Of a stretch of 64,000 bases of DNA, positions 11,242-23,766 are shown in pieces. Position numbers and translations under genes: made by a program. The notes beneath the pieces were generated by a model. The model saw only the letters and a list, made by a program, of their open reading frames with translations. It was not told the DNA's origin and ran no database searches. Source of the DNA: Rhodosorus marinus CCMP1338 (taxonomy: Eukaryota; Plantae; Rhodophyta). The DNA lies in contig JAMWBK010000010.1 in the NCBI GenBank assembly GCA_029953675.1, forward strand, positions 930,001 to 994,000, in the 5' to 3' direction. Numbering within the stretch: the stretch's first letter is position 1; the number at the start of each line of letters is the position of its first letter.

Positions 11242-13038
11242 TTACTCGACGCCCAAGGATATCTGCGTTACCGGGTTCTGCCCACGGGGTGTGTCAATCC
11301 CCAAAGCCGGAGCGTCGGCACTCCCGTCTGAATATTCGTGAATGAGGTGGGCATCAACTCCGGACGGCGGCTTGACTTGGATAAATTGATCGGTAGATGA
11401 TGACATCTTCATGTCAATTAGTCCGTACCCATTAGTCATCACCAGTACCACGATCGAAAGGCCAACAATCGCGGAAGATAAGGCAGCTCGGTTTCCTGCT
11501 CTGTCTGAGAAGCTGTCCAGCCATTTTGTGATTGGTTGGATATCAAGGGCACATGTCTGTGGGTCAATATATTCATCCTGGAATACAGGCATGGGCACTT
11601 CCTCCAGCTGGTACCATTCGGTTGGAACCTTCCTTTGGCGGCTTCTCGTTCGCCTTCTTCGCTTTCGCTTTGGAATATGCCATCCGAAGATGTACGAGCC
11701 TATTTTCCTATCTTCCTCGTATCTGCAATCGAACCACTGCTGGAAAGCCTCAATGTCATCCTCAGACCTCCTTTCTACCCAGTTCTGCAGAGTTTTTGTG
11801 TCATCTCCTCCACGTCTGAGGATCCTCTTGTAAATTTCCTTATCCTCCTCTGCCCTCCTTTGAATCCACACCAAGACGGCCCGGATGTCACTCGACGACT
11901 TGCCTTCGATGAGATTCCCCAGCATTCGCAGTCTCTCTCCGAGTCCCTTCAAAACTGGTTCTGAGGGATCAGAAGGTACTCTCCAGTCTGGAGTCTCCCC
12001 GATATTTCCCAATCGCCGCTCCATCTCCCTCCAAGCTTTCAACATGGCAACAGAATCCGGTACATGCTCTACGCCAATTGCGAACAGGCTCCTCGCGAGC
12101 TCATGGTTGCCCTCGCGTTCCTCCATTCTGGCCCAAGCGTGATATACCTGAGGAGCGTTCGGCGCAGCATCACAACCCCTTCGGAAGAGGCTTCTTGCCC
12201 GGTCCACCTGGCCCCTTTTCTGTAGACTTATCCCATACGCCTGGTATGCAGCCGCTGAAAGAGGATCCAACTCTATTACTTTCTGAAACAACCGCTCAGA
12301 TTTGTTCCAGTTTCCCATCCTGTCCTCGACGACCGCCCAAGCGTGCCAAGAATGTTTATGCTTGCTGTTTCGATTTGTCGCTTCCTCAAAGCACCTTGCT
12401 GCCTCCTCCAAATTTCCCTCCTCCTGCAAAATTTTTCCGAGGGCGTTGAACAAACTGTCTTTTCTCGCGTCTTGCTTCAATCCACCCCGCAATAAGCTCT
12501 TCGCTTTGCCGGTACTACCGTGTCGGTATTCCAACAGCGCATAGGCCTGCCAAGCCACTCCGTCAGTTGGGTCAAGGTCAATACACTTATTGAATAGCTC
12601 ACGGGCCTTCGTGATGTCACCCTCTCGCTCTTCTGCTATTGCCCAATTGTGATACAAGTGGACACAGTTAGGGTTCTTCAAGGTTGCTTCCCCAAAAATT
12701 TCCCTTGCCCGATCAATATTTCCAGCATCCGCTTCATACTTTGCCCACGCGAGCCAAGTTCTCGTGTCAGAAGGAGTCCTCCCGGTAGCGTCTTCGCAGA
12801 CGCTACGGACCTTTTCTTCGTCTCCCCTGTTCAAATAGTCCTTTAGCTCTGTGTATGAAGACTTCTCCGCTGCTTGTCTTCTCCTCCTCCGAGACGAAGA
12901 CTGACCTTGCCGACGCATGTAAATCACACTGCGTCGTTGACACACATTGTTCCCAGCACTTGCCCTCGCGCATGGTGCTCTCAAACCCCGGGCCGAGAGT
13001 CCAAAACCTAGAACCGTGTATTCACCCATGTCAACCAT
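11242..13038 (-). CDS. HAT/TPR-repeat RNA-binding protein, HCF107/Mbb1-like, probably plastid-targeted
   Basis: Intronless ORF with tandem half-a-TPR repeats (WLAWAKYEADAGNIDRAREIF, WQAYALLEYRHG, WHAWAVVEDRMGN, YHAWARMEEREGNHELARSLF), an Arg/Ser-rich leader and a predicted C-terminal hydrophobic helix (AALSSAIVGLSIVVLVM). The start Met (13038 or 13029) is uncertain. Confidence 0.8.
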   Translation of the reverse strand: MVDMGEYTVLGFGLSARGLRAPCARASAGNNVCQRRSVIYMRRQGQSSSRRRRRQAAEKSSYTELKDYLNRGDEEKVRSVCEDATGRTPSDTRTWLAWAKYEADAGNIDRAREIFGEATLKNPNCVHLYHNWAIAEEREGDITKARELFNKCIDLDPTDGVAWQAYALLEYRHGSTGKAKSLLRGGLKQDARKDSLFNALGKILQEEGNLEEAARCFEEATNRNSKHKHSWHAWAVVEDRMGNWNKSERLFQKVIELDPLSAAAYQAYGISLQKRGQVDRARSLFRRGCDAAPNAPQVYHAWARMEEREGNHELARSLFAIGVEHVPDSVAMLKAWREMERRLGNIGETPDWRVPSDPSEPVLKGLGERLRMLGNLIEGKSSSDIRAVLVWIQRRAEEDKEIYKRILRRGGDDTKTLQNWVERRSEDDIEAFQQWFDCRYEEDRKIGSYIFGWHIPKRKRRRRTRSRQRKVPTEWYQLEEVPMPVFQDEYIDPQTCALDIQPITKWLDSFSDRAGNRAALSSAIVGLSIVVLVMTNGYGLIDMKMSSSTDQFIQVKPPSGVDAHLIHEYSDGSADAPALGIDTPRGQNPVTQISLGVE

Positions 13039-15275
13039 AGGCACATGCAAAAAACCCCACAAAACCGAATCAACTCCACAGCCTGTACTCTACACAACCT
13101 GACCATCTAACCACCTTCCCTCCATTCATATCTGCTAAAGAACCTTAGCAAACCCACTACGAGGAAACCAGCCGAACGCAATACTTCGCCCGCTCCTCCG
13201 AACTTTCGTGACAAAAACCACAACGAAGCCCCCCTCCCCCGCCCGCTTCGGCCCCCTGTCCAATCCCCAAAAATCCCAAAAAACCGGGAAAAAACAAAAC
13301 CTACTCCGCCTATCCACTGCAATCCAAAAATACACTTCCCAAACCCTAACTAACCCACCCTACCCCAGGCCAACATACACACACACCTTCCTCCCCCTGT
13401 CAGGCTCCCGACCTCACGCTTTCCAACTGATCTGTCTCCTCCTATCCCTTTCAGCACTCCAAACGTTCATAAACGCACGAAAGGAGAAACCCCTCACGCA
13501 AACCAAAATTTCACTATAAAAAACTCCATGCACTCAAATCTTTATTTTTGAAAACCCTTCATTTCACTTATTCTGCGTTCGGAAAAGAGGGGGGTTAATG
13601 TTCCGACTATTTTTCTTGATTTTATTAATATTTGTTAAATATATAAAGATTTATTGGATAGAAGAGTCGGTTTGGGGGGGGTGTTATTAGTTGTTAATGG
13701 GAGTGCGATATTTTGCGAAGTAAGTGAACATGAGGAATGAGTAGGATATTGTTTATGAATAATTTTAATCGTATCGTGTGTTTTTTAGGAAAATCATCAG
13801 CGATGGGGGTGGATGGACGGATGAAAGGGTTGGGCCGGGTAGCACATATTGGCTGTGTGGGTTTTGGATGAGGTCCCGCCGTGAGGTGAGTAGGGTGAGT
13901 ATGCGGGACACTTGAGGGTATATCCCCACCTGATCCGTTTTTCGGGTGATCTGATACGTTTCGCAGAAGGATGTAACTTCAGCTACAAACACCTTGTCCA
14001 GTCTTCAACTACGGAGTGTTGGGACGATTGAAAACGAAGGGGGGCGGGTTTCAGGCCGAAAAACTCAACGAAGGGTGGACTTCTTGCGAGGAGCTGATCG
14101 GGCTTTGGCAATGTGTAGCGATGCTCATTTGTGTGGGTGTTTGAGTGCGAACAAGGGCATCACTGGGTTCCCCACGAACAGTTGACTCAATGGCAAAGCA
14201 TCACTGCCCACCAAAAAAATGAATCCGATGCACTATCCTAATTCCTTAGGACCACTAATACAAAGGGGGCGGGGATGAATGCTGCTCTTGATTTCAATGA
14301 GTTTTCGTCTTCTGTTAAGGGGTGGTACACATCCTAAAAGCATTCGATATCATGAAAATCATAAATAAATTAACTCATACGGCTTAGTATCTCATCGAAT
14401 CTAAATCCAAACACAATTAGGCCGTCGAACATAAGGGGGGAAAGGCCAACCAAAAAATCCACCACGTGATTTTCGAGAATACGCGGTCTGCATAAGTCGA
14501 CCTCCAGAGTGATATATCTCCTCGATCATCACTTACTCTGATTGGATTTTAGAAAAATGTAATGAATAAAAAATACAGTGGATTGGAATTTGGACATTGT
14601 TTATTATATTTATATGATAAATCTTGGTGGACTACAATAAAAAGAAGCGTGTTCATTGGTTACGGGATTCTCCGGCTTAGCCATCGAACGCGATTGGATT
14701 GTTTGGTTTGGGAGCTGAATTATACATGAAATGTTGGTGAACCAGTGGGACAGCCATTCTCTAACGTTGATGGACGTTAGGGTTCGGAAGCTACATTTCT
14801 CTAACTGAAATATGGCAGCACTCTGTGCACATTGAACTTTATAATCGGCAGTTTTATGATCAGAAACGCTAATTCTGAGCTTTTTCGTGCTGCGGAAGAA
14901 ATCGATCCCGAGCGCATGCTTCTGGGCTTTGCTTAGTACGGTAAATAATGGGGGTTTCTGGAACACACCATCTAAGCCTTCCACGCGATTCGATGGATGT
15001 AGGCCGCGATTTTGAACCTGCTCCCCCTGTGTCAGGAGTAAAACGTCAAGGCTTCTGATTGCGTTCTACCAATCGTCCTTCGTCACCTCGAGCAACTGCT
15101 TTTTCTCAACTCTCGTCTCTACTCTTCTGCGTGACCTCCCAGTCTCATCGAGCGGTCTACGCGTTTAGTCGCGGCGGCCTTATTGCACATTTTCGGCGTT
15201 CTCGGGGTAGCCTTGAGAATATACGGAAGTGGTCAATAATGCGGGAACGTCTCGTCTTGCTCAAGCTATCAAGAA

Positions 15276-17836
15276 CTACAGCCTCTCCAGTGGTTTGATA
15301 TCCAGAAGATGGAGAGACAGCTTCAGTACCCTCGCAGTGAGCTGAGCGAGAGCCAGTCGCGATCTCTTGAGTTCCTCGGATTCGGCATTGGCAATACTGC
15401 AACGCTCGTAGAACTGGTTGAACTTCTGGGACAGCTCAAATATGTAGTCGCACAAGGTGTGCGGTTTGAGCTCTACTTCTAGTTCGGCAAGGATCCGCGG
15501 CAGGCGGATCAAATGTCTCGCTAGGGACTTCTCGGAAATGTCATCAAGAACAACGTCAACTGAAGGTAAATCGAGGTCCTCAGATCCGACCTTCCTGTTT
15601 ATCCCCTATGGAATATTTCCAATGAAGGCTGTGGTTAGATTTGTGATCTGGGCGTCTTCCACAGTGCTGGACCAACTTGCCTGGATTCTTGCGTATGCAT
15701 ACAGCATATAGGGTGCAGTGTTCCCCTGCAAGGCAAGCATCTTGTCAAAAGAGAACCTGCAACCAAAAAAATAAAAAATTCCAAACGAATCGATAAGCGA
15801 CGTGGACGACACTTGTAGAAACAGTCTGAAAAACGAAAGCACAGGTTTTCCCACCTGTAGTTGGAGGTTCGAGTTGTTTTCAAATCAGCGTATACTACAG
15901 CCGAAAGTCCGACTTTCCTTGAGGAGCTCCGTATGAACTCCTCAGATTCTTCTCTGTCTTCCGCTTTCAGGCGTGCGACTATATCCGCCTCCGCCCTGGA
16001 CACAGCTTCATCGAGCAGGTCCTTTAGCTTCACAGTGGCACCTAAAACACAGCACCACAGAAAGCGGGAGCACCGCACTCAGTATCTTGGACACTGACCT
16101 TACGCGAGCGAAACGAGAAAGGTAAAAAGAAAAAGTCCAGTACCGGATCTTGTTTTGAATTTCTTGCCGTCCTCCCCCAGGACTAGTCCAAAAGGAACAT
16201 GTTCAAGCGATACCGTATCCGAAACAAAACCGGCTCTCCTGGCAACTTGAAACACCTGCTCGAAATGGAACGCCTGACCGACGTCCGTGACATACAAGAT
16301 TCGCTCAGCGCGATCAACATCAGCTCGATATCTCATCGCCGCCAAGTCTGTTGTTGAATACATGAAGCCTCCGTCGCTCTTCTGCACAATTAGTCCCTGG
16401 CTGCTACCATCTCGGTTAGCGATGCTAAGGCAAAGAGGTATGACGGACATTAGATCTATGCTCGGCTAATGAGGCAACCCTCGAACTTTCACAATTACCC
16501 TTGCCCGACAAGTTAACAACTTACCCATCAAGAAAGACCACCTGAGCTCCACCATCCTCCACCGCCAGTCCTTGTTCTTGAAGTGATGTGATAACGTCCT
16601 TCAGGTACGGATTGTAAAATGACTCTCCCCGCTCTTCGAACGTAATATCCAGCTCATCGTAAATTTTCTTAAACTCCTTCCTTGACTGCTCGCACAGGTG
16701 TCTCCAGGCCGCCATAGATTCCTCATTTTCGGCTTGCAGCTCTACGACCTCCTTTCTAGCGTTCGATTTAAACTCGTCGTTCTCATCGAATTTGACTTTC
16801 GCCTACAAATATCCGCAAGTACTCTAAAATAAGCCTCCCGCTGGCTTGTCTGGAGCTCCCTGACACGATTCGTACGATTCGTGACCTACCTTCTTGTAGA
16901 ATGCTACAAGATCGCCTAGATCAACTTCTTCTCCCTTAATCACTTCCGGGGCTACTTGCTTAAGGTACAGGATGAGCATGCCGAATTGTGTTCCCCAATC
17001 GCCAATATGGTTCAATCGAATGACTTCGTGTCCGAGGAACTCTAGGAGGCGGCAGATGGATTCTCCAATTATGGTAGACCGGAGATGACCGACGTGCATC
17101 TCCTTCGCTACGTTCGGGGAGGAAAAGTCGACAACTATGCGCTGAGGTGGGTTCTTCTTCTCGATTCCTAAGCGATCCTTGTCTGTAGACCATGAAGTTG
17201 ATGTTCAGGACTTGGCTGCGAGTTGACATGTTGTGGGTTTCTGTGAATCTACCATTGAGCATCAAACGAAGTTTTGATTGAATGAACTCCGTGCTGAGGG
17301 TGAGGTTGATGAATCCTGGGCCCGCGATCTGCGGCTCTGTGCACAAATCAGCAATTTGCAGTTCCTAGACAAGAAAAACGGAATTGAAATTTTAAGATAT
17401 GAGAATTGATAATCCGAACGACTTGATCGGACTTGAGTATTGGGGCATTCTCTACCTCAACAATCTTTGCCGCAACATCTCTGGGTTTTTGCTTCATCTT
17501 CTTTGCAAACGACATAGCTGCATTACACTGATAATCTCCAAACTCCTCCTTTGTTGCAGCGGTCAGCATGGGATCAGCGTCAGCAGCGCTGTCGCCGAAA
17601 GCACGAAGCATTGCCTCCGATATTCTCCTGTCGAGGATCTCTCTCACATCAATCGAGTCCGATGCCTCTTTACTGTCATTCATCCCCATACCCTCACGAA
17701 TATCCTCCTTCAGGCTACTTGCCGCTGAGCACCTGACCCTCCATCCCTTGAAAACACCCCCAGTCCTGCCGCACGACGCGGACCCGAGTCCACCCTTAAC
17801 CAGGAAGCCACCAGGAACAAATCCAAGACAAGCCAT
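15276..17836 (-). CDS. argS: Arginine-tRNA ligase with transit peptide
   Basis: Motifs [27 protein letters not shown] (HIGH), [62 protein letters not shown] and FNQFYERC. Many GT-AG introns. Confidence 0.97.
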
Positions 17837-18499
17837 CTCTAGATCTCTTCAGACCTCTTCCAACACAAAAATAAAATCCGGTTCCGCTGCGATCACCACA
17901 TCGATCTCTTCACAAGCAAAAACACAGAGCTCCCTGTCCCCCTCCGGATTCCAGAGACAGAGATAACCCTAGCAAGCCACCTCTCCTCCGTCGTCCACAA
18001 CCAATCTCCGCCCACGCAGCTGAGATTAATTCCAAAGTACCTTTAAGTGTCAGAAAATATTCAGTCTACAATTGCATATTGATTGACTAATATATACAAT
18101 TATTGTTCTTAATTCAGTTGATAAGTACAAATATTGACTGAGCTTTATGTGACAAGTAAATGGGAAATGTTGATTTCATCCTGACACTTTGCACGGGACG
18201 AGCCAGGCTGTGGGACAGTGTCGGCCGGCGATAAGTGGGACATTCGGGGAAGGGCGAGGTCTTCTTGCATTGAGATCGAAAATTGCTGAAGAGCACAAAT
18301 ACGTGACTGTTCTTTACAATCGTAGCCTCGGCAAAGATCAACGCTATGGTATTCGTGGGCTACCGAAGTTGGTTTATGGTCCCCATGCGCAGTGTCGGAG
18401 TTGTGCGATTCGAGAATGAATGTGGGTCTGCTTCCACAGCTGAAAGGGGTCTTCGGATCAGGTTCCTGTAGAGAAGAAACTGTGAGGATGTATGAGAAC

Positions 18500-19090
18500 A
18501 CACTAACTAGTATCAATCACTATGGATTAGGTAACAACAGATCTGCCAATATTAGAAGCAGATCTTCCCCACAGAGAGCTTCACGGATCCTGGTGAACTG
18601 AGGGTTCACTTGGAAGTAGAAGAGAAGCAAAGAAGAATAGGGAAAACAGTAAGAGTACAAGGCGTGCCTGGGTTTGGGTTAAGATAGCGGGTTTCATCCC
18701 TGCGTCTAACTTGAACTGCCTTTGGCATAGAGCCAGTGGGTTCCACCCCCGCGACCTTTGTCCATCTAGAGTGGTTAAATCCGTTCTAGGTCGAATACGT
18801 CACTCAAGGCGCTTCTTGAGAGATCTAGATTTACATTGATCAATGAGATTACATCTCTTGGTCATAAGAGGAAGTATTTCATCTTTCAGGCCATCTCCAT
18901 AGTCCAGTTTGGCTTCTTTTTGGGGAGACTTGCCTCCCTCTTCACCTAGAGGACCCAGCCAAATCCAGCCCCCTACGTGCAGGCGAGGGAGAATCTTTCT
19001 CTCCTGGTTAACCTCATTAAGGTCTGTGGAAATTTCTGTATCTGTTTGAATCAATCTGTGTTTGGGCGTTTTGAGCAAAGCAGTACCCAA
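18500..19090 (-). mobile_element. Possible decayed Ty3/Gypsy integrase tail (GPY/F-like module)
   Basis: RKILPRLHVGGWIWLGPLGE...KLDYGDGLKDEILPLM resembles KLxPRxxGPxxI...YxLxLPxxLKxHPVF. After an in-frame stop comes RRRDETRYL, weakly like the start of a chromodomain. Confidence 0.25.
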
Positions 19091-19545
19091 CGGCAGCCTC
19101 GACTGGTAGCCGAGATGTACTCGAACCCGGCTAGGACGGTGGAAAACTATCTACTATTAAAAGTCTTACTGATTCGGTTGAGAATTTCCAGCCTGGTGTT
19201 ATGGATGTTTTAGTTTGCTGTACTGTGCTGAACTAGATGGTGAGTCATGTGGCGATCTTGACCTGAGAGCTCGATGGGCTAATTGGTTTGTGCTTACCAC
19301 GAAGGCTTGTGCTTTCTTTTCTTGCCAACGTTTGTGATGAGGTGTAGATCTGTTTGTTTCCGGTAATCAACCTCCAATAGACTGTCCGACCAGTACTGGT
19401 CAGCCCGGACGAGGGAAGGAGTTGCTGTAACAGCAGATACGAAACTCTCGGTGTCTTTGTCGTTTTCTCTATGCTTGAATCTCATTCGTACGTTTCCTGG
19501 GAATAGAACGTCATGCTCACAGAAGTGAACAAACCGCTGCTGTAA

Positions 19546-20992
19546 TCATGGAAAGCCAAACCCACAGCTATCTCGCTTGAGATGAGATGTTGCTAGGAGT
19601 TTGTGGTGGACGACGGGTTTGGGGGACAGGAACTTGCCAGTATGTGCTCTGAATAGTGTTCGGACTTGCTCTTTTCGGCCACAATACCCTGAACAGCGAA
19701 TAAGCAGTAGCCGGGGTATGTGTAGAGCCTTCCGTCGGAGCTGAACTTCACATTTGCCCACCACGCCGGAGTTTCTTCAATGCGGACGTTGTGGACGTCT
19801 TTCCAGTATTGAAACACTTCTTGCTCGTTCCTGAATATGCTTTCTGGATGCGATACAGACTCCAGAGTTCTTCCAAGGCCAACTATATAACCTGCATGAT
19901 CGTGAACCGAAGCACTTAGTTCGACCAGAAGTTGGGCTATCCGTTGGCAAATCGAAGATATCCTTGCCTTTCTGGAAATCAGGAAGAACTGACACGTAGC
20001 AGCTCTCTAAGACTTGAGTTGATTCCTCGAGAGTCAGATCCCTCAGAAAAATTGACTCAAGCCCTGTACTGTAGTCTACATACTGGGAATTAGCGAAGGC
20101 CTCGATCCCTTGGCCTTTCAGAATCGCCTTCCAGGATAGCTTGACCACATGGCAAAGGCAAGTGGTGATCTTGAAATACAGTGAGGACGCAGTTTCGACG
20201 TAAACACTGTCCTGCAAAAAGAATTTGCATAGTACGGTAGGGGGATACGATTTGGTGCTGAATGTTTCCTAGAAGGTAGTGTTTGAACATGCATACCACG
20301 CAGACGTGCTTGACTAGTTCCCGCGTATAGGACTTGCACGTTGATTGTTCAAGACCACTGTAATCCCCAGGGCTATTCATCACCTTGTAGTCGAGCAGGA
20401 AACTCTTGCCGTTCCTGATGGGAACGATGTTACTTTCTGAGCTCTTGCGAACTATACATGCCATGGAAATTTCACTGGATCCCTGGCCTCCGAGGTCGCC
20501 AAGGCTGCAGAACCGCATGATGAGAGCTGCGATTTCGACCTCGGGTTCAGACTCCAAGAATCTATGCCGGAAGTTGAAGGTTTCTCCTCTCGTAAAGCTT
20601 CTAACATGCCCGCTCGTTGTCTACAGGGCTCGGAGCAAAGAGAAATCTCTTAGAACGAAGATATTGTGTCCAAACGATGCTTCCATGCGTCCAAACGTCT
20701 TGGCATCGTGCAAAAACAACACGGGCCCCTAGAGTCGTACCAAAGGCTCAAACGCGAGTAGCACGTTGCCCTCCTCCGCGTTCCAAATTTCAACGTCTGA
20801 ACCGAACTCGGATTTCAATCTCATCACTACGCTGGCCCTCTCCACCGGCTTCCAGCATCCAAGCGGAATACTGCACGCTTGACCTGGAGCTTGAAGCGGT
20901 GTAATTTTGCACCCCAGGAGCAAGCATGGTATGCTTTCCCATGATGCTCGGAGACTAAACTCCCCTCTAACCATACTCTGACCCTTAAACAT
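19546..20992 (-). pseudogene. Fragmented coding region with MULE/SWIM-like traces
   Basis: Abutting ORF pieces are broken by stops and frameshifts without clean splice sites. PVLFLHD...IFVLRDFSLLRAL is followed by STCKSYTRELVKHVCVV (degenerate CxC...CxH). Confidence 0.25.
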
Positions 20993-21573
20993 TCTGCATT
21001 TAAAAAGCAGTATAAGCTTCTAAGAGTGGAAACAAGATCTTCTTAGCTCCGAAGCCATCCCACCACTTCCATGTGCGCAAAGTCCTTCAGTCTGCTTGCA
21101 CACGAAGAAGGTCGCTCTTCAGGACGTGATATGTGATGTGTTGTTCATAATTATGAACAACTCAGTCAATTTTATTTCAAAACAATCGAAATAATTGTAG
21201 AAACTAACTCGTAAATATCCCTTGTTTAGATTTTTCTGGGGACAAGGATGTAAGTCCGCGCGTTGGGGTTCATATCCTGAAGCACGGTGCTTGAACTTTG
21301 AGAGGAACGGACAGTTGCGGGGTTGTACTTCAGTAGTGGTTCTTTTTACTTAACAATTCAGCCTGGGATTTTTGAAAGCCTGAGCTTCGGACCATGAGCC
21401 TGCACGTCGCCCTCTAGAAAGAACAGACTAGTGCTTTTGAAGACAAATTTACACGTTGGGTTCACGTGAGGCTCTGGTCTTCTTCCCTCGGGCCAGAAGC
21501 TTCCCAGAGCAGAAGCTCCAACCGCAACAAAACATATTACGCATTCGATTAGGTTTTTGAACAAAACGTTAGC

Positions 21574-23766
21574 CTATCTACCCCGGACCGGAGGAGGTGC
21601 TCCTCCGGTCTTGAGCAAATTCTGCACTTTGGATCTCAACCGATTTTGATCTTGACCATCAGCGAGCGCGTCCAGCATTGCAATAATTTCCCAAGTATGC
21701 GAGAGGTTCTCTGCAATGCCGAAGATGTTCGCAAGCTGAGCAACCGCAATGTCGAATAGCCTCTTAAAAACTTTGTTGACCTCTTCTACGAATACGCGAA
21801 AGGAAAGCCATGGAGCATTAGAAACATCGTCCTTCCCTGGACCGCGGTGCTCATCCGATATCGGTTTTTGTACGGAAGTCACTTACCTTTGTCTCCGGGG
21901 TCAGTTTCCGGTGAGTTGCGTAACGCAAACGATCTTGACAAAATTGAGTACATGATTGATCCTCCCTCCTCATTGCTTATTGCCACAACAACTCCTTCGG
22001 TGTCCTGCTGATGCCCCTCCAGAAAGCTCCAGAGAATCCATACCAGATAGGAAAGGTCTTGGATGCTATTGATTGCCTCTCTTATTGCATTCCAGAACGG
22101 CTCGGCTTCCTGCCACTCTAGCTTTGAAAACAGATCACGACTGCACAGAAACCCTAGATGTTTTGCGATAGTTGCAACAAGCTAAGCAAACGTAAATTCA
22201 AGCGTACCAACGTTAGCATCTGAAACTTCATTTGCGACTCGGTGACTGTGGCCCTCGCACCAATGCTTGATGAGCTGGTTGGAACAGAGCCAATGCCTTT
22301 GCCAGCAGGTTCTTGCCCTTCGTCAAGCCACAGATCTGCGCAAAGAACTTCTCCTCGCGCTCCTTCTTGCCTTCATCCGCATCAGGGTCAACAGATATGG
22401 CGAACAAGTTATACAATTTTTCTGCCTCGACAAGAACCAAATGATGGTCGGTCGGAAGAGGTGGAACTCTACGCTTGTAGTCGTTGATATCGGCGAGAAT
22501 ATCGTATCCGCATTCGAGAACAGCCCGAACAGCGACTCTGTCATCCATTACCGTGAAGAGCAGAGTTCCGCTCTTCATGGGGGTAACCTAAACCCGATTT
22601 TTTCAGCCGCAGGGAAGATCAGAAGCAAGTCCTGAAGTGGCCTGATTCTCTATCTGCTTGATGGCTGCACTTACGTCGACAATCTTTCGCGGGGCCTTCG
22701 GCGTCCAGCTTTGCAAAGTTCCGAGTGACTTTTCCAACGACATAGAGTTCACATTCGAATGTTGTGGCCTTCTCGGCGCATTCATCCACGGGTCTCTTTC
22801 CATCTCAGGTTGTGGATTCTACAAAAGAGGAATCAGGTCCGGACGAATGCGTGAATGTTCTAGCAAATCTCAGCAACGCACTCGTTGGCGATATACACCT
22901 TGAATTGGACCAACGAACCAGCAAGAAATCGTCTGGGATGCTTCGTTTTCGATTAAACTCGTGCAAGTAGAAGTCATCCACTAGGGGACGGAGCATCTCC
23001 AGCTGTCTGCTATGAGATCTTAGCACAAAATCGATATCCTTACTGGTCATACCAAAAGGACACCTTCTTCTGGACGGCTTAACGCTGGCCATCCCTTGAG
23101 AACTAGAACTTCCTTGATTCATCTGACCAGTTCGCGGGTGTCGTCCCTGATAAGAGAATTGGGGACGGTGAAACGGTGAGATACGCAAACAATATTCTGT
23201 GTACATGCAGTGCAAAAAAGACAACCTCATTCAGGTTGAAGCATACCTCGGAATTACTCAGTTGGGAACGTGTCTCGTTAAAATACGTAACCCTCTGGTT
23301 CCCACTGGATTGATTCTTCATGGACATCCCCTCTAAGGATCCCAAGATACCATCGTCGTTCCCATTTAGACCTACAAGACAAAGGCAAAATCGACTGGGT
23401 CAGTATAAAACACCCTACGCTTCTTTTGAATTGATGCGCGAGTTGCTAGTAGATCGTGAACCTACCTGCATCCGGGGCGCCTCTCCATTCCTGCTTGGGC
23501 AAAGGTAGAGATGACAGATCCGTGCCTTGATTTCCATCCGCAACCCCCCCACGCGAACTTTCTTTAATGGAATTCTTAAAGGCTTTCTTCTCAGCCTCCA
23601 TGAGCGCAGCAAACGATTCATGATCGCCAGCCCAGTCCGCTTCCGTGTCGGCACCAGCCTCAATACCTCCACCTAGATCGTCACGCGCACCACGCCTCCT
23701 CCCACCCCCATCGCTCCTTCCAGGGCGAGGAGCGTACAACTCCTCTTCAAACTGTCGACCATCCAT
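21574..23766 (-). CDS. PAT1: PAT1-like mRNA decapping activator
   Basis: MTSKDIDFVLRSHSRQLEMLRPLVDDFY and SLGTLQSWTPKAPRKIVDV match PAT1 middle-domain patterns. Acidic N-terminus and helical C-terminal domain; several introns. Confidence 0.8.

Noticed and set aside
14610-14984. 124-aa ORF with LGIDFF, vaguely integrase-like
   Set aside because: No DDE spacing or zinc knuckle is recognisable, and there is no ATG start.
15001-15055. tRNA-like GCAGGTTCAAAATC on the minus strand; similar B-box-like strings near 38840 and 61450
   Set aside because: No closed T stem, acceptor stem or D arm can be built.
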